A DNA stretch of 64,000 nt. It comes from Octopus bimaculoides (taxonomy: Eukaryota). Position numbers and translations under genes: made by a program. Below, one piece after another: positions 59,804 to 64,000 of the stretch (position 1 is the first letter of the stretch; every line of letters begins with the position of its first letter). The DNA is taken from the NCBI RefSeq assembly GCF_001194135.2, contig NC_068983.1, positions 79,645,752 through 79,709,751 on the forward strand, in the 5' to 3' direction. The notes below the pieces were generated by a model that was given only the letters and a program-made list of their open reading frames with translations, did no database searches and was not told where the DNA came from.

Positions 59804-60100
59804 TACTTACTTACTTACTGGAATCCATCGACCTCCAATGTTAGCAAACATGTTCGTCTTTGCTCTCTGTTTTCCCCAACAACTCGGTACTTATTGGGCC
59901 AGGCTTTCTGAAACCAACTGTTTAGGCTATCAAGTATCATCTGTATCTCCCTTTGCAGGCTTCTTTCTTTCAATTTTCTAGTTGTCACCAAATGCTCAAA
60001 GCTTTTTCTTCTCATATGTTATCCAATGAACTAAACCTGTGGTCTTATTTTGAAAAACCTTTCTGGTAGCTTTTAATCTTCTACAGAGCACTAGTCCATT
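59804..60100 (-). pseudogene. Second RTE-clade LINE 3' end with (TAAG)n tail
   Basis: KIRPQV*FIG*HMRRKSFEHLVTTRKL..REIQMILDSLNSW resembles IRKRQLxFxGHVMRRExLExLVTTGK..GRQRxxxLDSL; the tail is (AGTA)4. Confidence 0.7.
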
Positions 60101-60851
60101 CAAATATGTAAAAGCCTATACTTGTTGGCATAGTGTAAGAAAATTGACTTCAATGGGATTAAAAATTTTCTTTTCTTGTTAGAACATGTGACACTGTAAA
60201 GCACCATTTGGTGAAAAGGAACACTGATCCACAAAGGATTGAGAGCTGCTGGTTTGAAATAATAGTAGAAAAAGCTACATTATCATTTCTCTCTCAAAAC
60301 TTGATAATGTCAAGTTGAAAGAGGATTTTTTTTCTTTCTTTTTTTTTTTTTGATGTGTTGTTGATTTTGTGCAAAAATTATGTAGAAGTCTGTTTTGGGT
60401 TTTTTGGTTTTGTATTTCAGTTTGGGTTTGCAATTTTGTCTCTCATTTTCTTAGGTACATATCTACTAAACACTATTAAATGGATTGTTTTGTGAATCAG
60501 AATTTAACTCATAGTTAGATTCTTGAACTGTTTGGTAGCAGCATTTTTAACAACTAAAGTTACTCTACGAAGGAAAAACAAGCTAATAAGAATAACTTGA
60601 ATGTTCCACTGGCATAAATAAATAAATAAATAAATAAATAAGAGATGATTTACTGAATGTTGTATACTAATAATTCTGAATGATTGAAATCTCCCATTTA
60701 GTTGAAGCAAAAGGAAATTTTTGTAGCAATTATTAGAAATTCTCAAAGAAAAATAGGGGACATAATTTCTAGGAATCAAGAAATAATTTTCAAAAAATAA
60801 TTTTCATGCTTAATGGGAAGATCTGAGCTCTGTTTGCTTGGAAAGAAACAG

Positions 60852-60892
60852 TAAAGGACATGTTTCTGTCTTACTGGACCTCATCAGCTATA
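60852..60892 (-). ncRNA. Minimal type I hammerhead ribozyme
   Basis: The minus strand reads ATAG-CTGATGA-G-GTC-CAGTAA-GAC-A-GAAA-C-AT-GTC|CTTTA. Core and palindromic ACATGT stem III are intact, stem I pairs 4 of 5, and G10.1-A11.1 is mismatched. Confidence 0.75.
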
Positions 60893-61564
60893 TGCCGTCC
60901 ATTGAAGTCTGCTCTGATAATTTAACAATAGTCTTTACATAAGTACAGAAAGAGTCACAGATTTTCATGTGACTTGCATGAGTAAAATATAAAATTAGCT
61001 AAGATAAATTACTCAAGTGAGCCACATGTATGAATTTTTAATCATTAAACTAAGGGGCCAAGTAGTAAATGATGTTTGTACAAAATTCTAAGTCTAAGAA
61101 ACCAAAAATGTTATGGTAAACAAAATCTAATCTGTGTTGTACTTGCCCTTTTGTAATAATGCACTTGAGTGTTTACCAAGAAATTTTTTAGATCATATAT
61201 ATTAAATGAAAAAAATAGTTTAAATAAAAACATATTTCAACTGAAATACTTGTTTGTTTCAACAAATTTTTTAAATAATGAGCAATTTGCTAAAGTAACC
61301 TTGTTATTATAACATAAATTAGCATGAAATTTTGAGGAAAAATTTTAATTTACATCTCTTTAAAAAAATGGTTTGTATCTTAGAACTAAGAGCAGTTTCA
61401 GGGTTGATGTCAAAATGGTTGTCTTCATTTGATTGTGTAATTGCTGTTGAGGACACACTTGCTCCAGAATGTGATAGAGATTTTCTTTTCTTTTCTACTT
61501 GTCTGCTTGCTGGGATAACTGCCTGCAGTTGTATGTTGACAACATATTGAGGGAAGCTAATCAA

Positions 61565-61760
61565 TTAACCCTGTTGGTACGAACCTCCCTTAGACTGCCT
61601 TAGATTCTATGATACAAACATCTTATTTTAAAGTGATTGAGATTAAAACATTCCATCAGAATTCCGTGTTATGTTCCAAACACTAGTTTTATAATGACAA
61701 AGTTATTTTGCTCACTTCTTCATTAATTTCAAAACTAATTAAAAACTAATGCCAAAATCA
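61565..61760. mobile_element. piggyBac-like MITE, partial
   Basis: TTAA-CCCTG start; ATTCTATGATACAAAC..TTCCATCAGAATT..AATGACAAAGTTATTTT is shared with 31898-32114. Confidence 0.5.
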
Positions 61761-61773
61761 AAAATCATCATCA

Positions 61774-61817
<44 letters not shown>

Positions 61818-62194
61818 TTAGAATCATGCTAGTGAAAAGATTAATAGAGATGAAGACAAAGCACTAGTTGCTGCTTTGTCATATATGTCACATATACATT
61901 TCTTCCATATCATATGCTTTTGTTGCTTTTCCAGCATTTGCAATTTTGTTTGTTATATTTTCCTTCCAGCTTTTACATGCTAGTTTATTTACATAAGTAG
62001 AGTCATCTTCTTTCTGTCTTATGTGTTAAAATCTCTTACCACAACTGTTTCCAGTAATAAATACCAAATGCAGTGTATTGTTGTTCTTTATACTATTCTT
62101 AAACTAAAATTCAACATCTGGTCTCCATGTAAGTGTTTAGTAATAGCAAGTTAGAAGTAGGTAGTTGCTGAAAGGCTTGTAAGAAACGAAACCA

Positions 62195-62264
62195 ATGAAT
62201 GCCTTGTGAGTGAATTTGGCAAATGGAAACTGTGTGGAAACCCATATATATACACACAAAGATG

Positions 62265-62332
<68 letters not shown>

Positions 62333-62560
62333 CATCTTTGTGTGTGTGTATGTCTTTGTGTTTTTCCACCATCACTACTCTTGTTTGACAATCTATGTTG
62401 GTTTGTTTGCTTACTTGTAACTTATTGGTTGAGCAAGTAGTATAAGTACAAGACTTAAAATATATCCACTGGGGTCAATTGTTTGGCTAAATCCTTCAAT
62501 ATGGTGCCCCAGTATGGCTATAGTCTGATGGCCGAAATGAGCAAAAAATAAAAGATAAAG
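62195..62560 (+). mobile_element. F1 SINE (core plus T1 tail) containing a perfect 94-bp palindrome
   Basis: GCCTTGTGAGTGAATTTGG..GGAAACTG, later GGTGCCCCAGTATGGC..AATAAAAGATAAA; the palindrome is at 62252-62345. Confidence 0.75.
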
Positions 62561-63654
62561 GAGATCCTTTTAAGGTTGATCAAAATACTAAACCAAGGAA
62601 GCAGGATTGGTTAAACTATGAGAAAACCAAGTCTGTTACTTGTAGTATTTTTTCTAAGTTCTTGCATTTCTGACAACAACAACACTTTCAATGGCACTGG
62701 TGCCAAGCTGTATCAGCTGAAGTTGTCAACCTTTTCTTTGGATAAACATTAGTGACATGGAGGGAGTAAACTTGCATTAATGTGCAACTGACAGACTTCC
62801 TCAAATATATCATGCCTCAACTCATGATTAGCCTTGACCAACAGAGACCTTTATAGAATCTGACAGAAACAGGATTTCAATATTTCATGAAATGTAACTA
62901 TTAGAACTTCTGAAGTTCTTGAAACTTTATGCTTTTATTCTTCAGCATCAGTAAAGTACATTGGTGTTACATTTCTTGATTATAAATATAAATTTTGAGT
63001 GGACAAACATTTAAACAACAATATCATATTGTAATATACATGACAGCAAATTATTTCAGTATTTATAACACTTCATGATATATATATATTTGCATATGAC
63101 AAAGATTTATCATTGTAAGTTTATAAAACTTGTACATTAATAAATATGAAGTTATAAAACCTATTGTTAATTTAATGCTCCTGCAATTGATAATCAAAAT
63201 GTATTCACCAAACTAACAAAAGATCATGATACAAAAACTATATTTTAAAACAGTCAACAGCATGTGTATAATTTAATGGTTTCATCATTTGATTATACTG
63301 TTTTTGTTTTTTTATGAATAGATATATATTTTGAGAAAATGTCTTTATGCAAAATTCTGTTTGAAAATGTAATGCAAGTATGTTTTCTGTTTTATGCTAG
63401 TAACAGAATTAATGTTTAGATAACCATATATGTATGTCTGTGTGTGTGTATATATGTGTGTGTATATATATGTGTGTGTGAGTATTTTAGAAGTTGAGGT
63501 CTCTTCAAATGTCATATGAAAGCCATTCTCTATAGTTCAAGAAGCTTCCACTTGTAATACAATATAAATGCATTACATTATCCATTGAGTACAATTTACA
63601 CTGCATATGTTATCCGATCCATATGTGTGTGTGGGGGGTAGATGTATAACTACT

Positions 63655-63960
63655 TTTAAGAATTTGATTTCACAATAACAAGCTCCTAGGTTCAATTCTA
63701 GTTTGTGGCATCTTGTGCAGATGTTATTTTCCATAACCTTAGGCTGACCCATATCTTGTGAGCAAAACTGGATAGACAGAAACTGTATAGAAACCTGTCA
63801 ATTGCATTGTATTCGTGATTTAAAAGTTAAAGCTTTGTCATGCACAGAATGTCACTCTGAGTCTGCCTGAGTATTGCATGAGAGTGTTCCTGTCTCTGGA
63901 ATGCTCAACTACTTAAACTTGAATTTAGGAGCAGGTGATTCAGTTGATCTGAATCCTCAT
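63655..63960 (+). mobile_element. Degraded SINE: F1 head plus A-type tail
   Basis: GGTTCAATTC..GTGGCATCTTG..CTTGTGAG..GATAGACAGAAACTG, then CTTTGTCA..CTCTGGAATGCTCAACTACTT..GAGCAGG..GTTGATC. Confidence 0.55.
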
Positions 63961-64000
63961 CATTAAATAGTGGAAATTTACTACCACCACCACATTGTTT

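Noticed and set aside
62111-62440. Six overlapping YIYIYI ORFs on both strands
   Set aside because: They are products of (TA)n and the palindrome
1-64000. CRISPR arrays, operons or other prokaryotic/viral systems
   Set aside because: No regularly spaced repeat-spacer arrays or gene-dense segments are present; the sequence is eukaryotic intergenic or intronic DNA

Overview
This is an AT-rich, microsatellite-dense animal genome window with four N-gaps. Its SINE repertoire resembles what I recall of octopus/coleoid cephalopod SINEs (CORE-type OR1/OR2-like); that taxon call is inference and unverified. I cannot support any host protein-coding gene. Nearly all listed ORFs are translations of microsatellites or SINEs, and only one weak spliced-exon candidate stands out (17372-17604). 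The window is essentially a transposon graveyard. It holds a Penelope-like RT remnant, two R4/Dong-type RLE LINE remnants, two RTE LINE lineages, a near full-length decayed DD37D Tc1/mariner and a DD34D mariner 3' half. It also holds hAT, piggyBac-like and mariner MITEs, a Helentron-type HINE, two related solo-LTR-like CpG islands and dozens of tRNA-derived SINEs with swapped heads and tails. Family labels used here are my own. F1 is a CORE-SINE head. A and A2 are SINEs sharing an (AAC)n-ending tail. C is a tRNA-SINE with a GCCTTTCATCC..GATAAAATAAGTACCAG centre. D1 and D2 are (GAT)n-ending RTE-type tails. E is a ~570 bp (AAT)n-tailed element. G is an (AAC)n-tailed repeat. The best leads are (1) two type I hammerhead ribozyme motifs (1216-1351 + and 60852-60892 -), and (2) a recurring stack at two loci of an R4/Dong remnant plus the headless E element in (TAA)n microsatellites, suggesting an undescribed LINE/non-autonomous partner pair. 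Further leads are (3) a closely spaced inverted pair of chimeric SINEs and a 22-bp perfect hairpin (dsRNA/ADAR or small-RNA candidates), and (4) a circularly permuted local SINE duplication. Boundaries of old repeats are approximate (about 10-30 bp).
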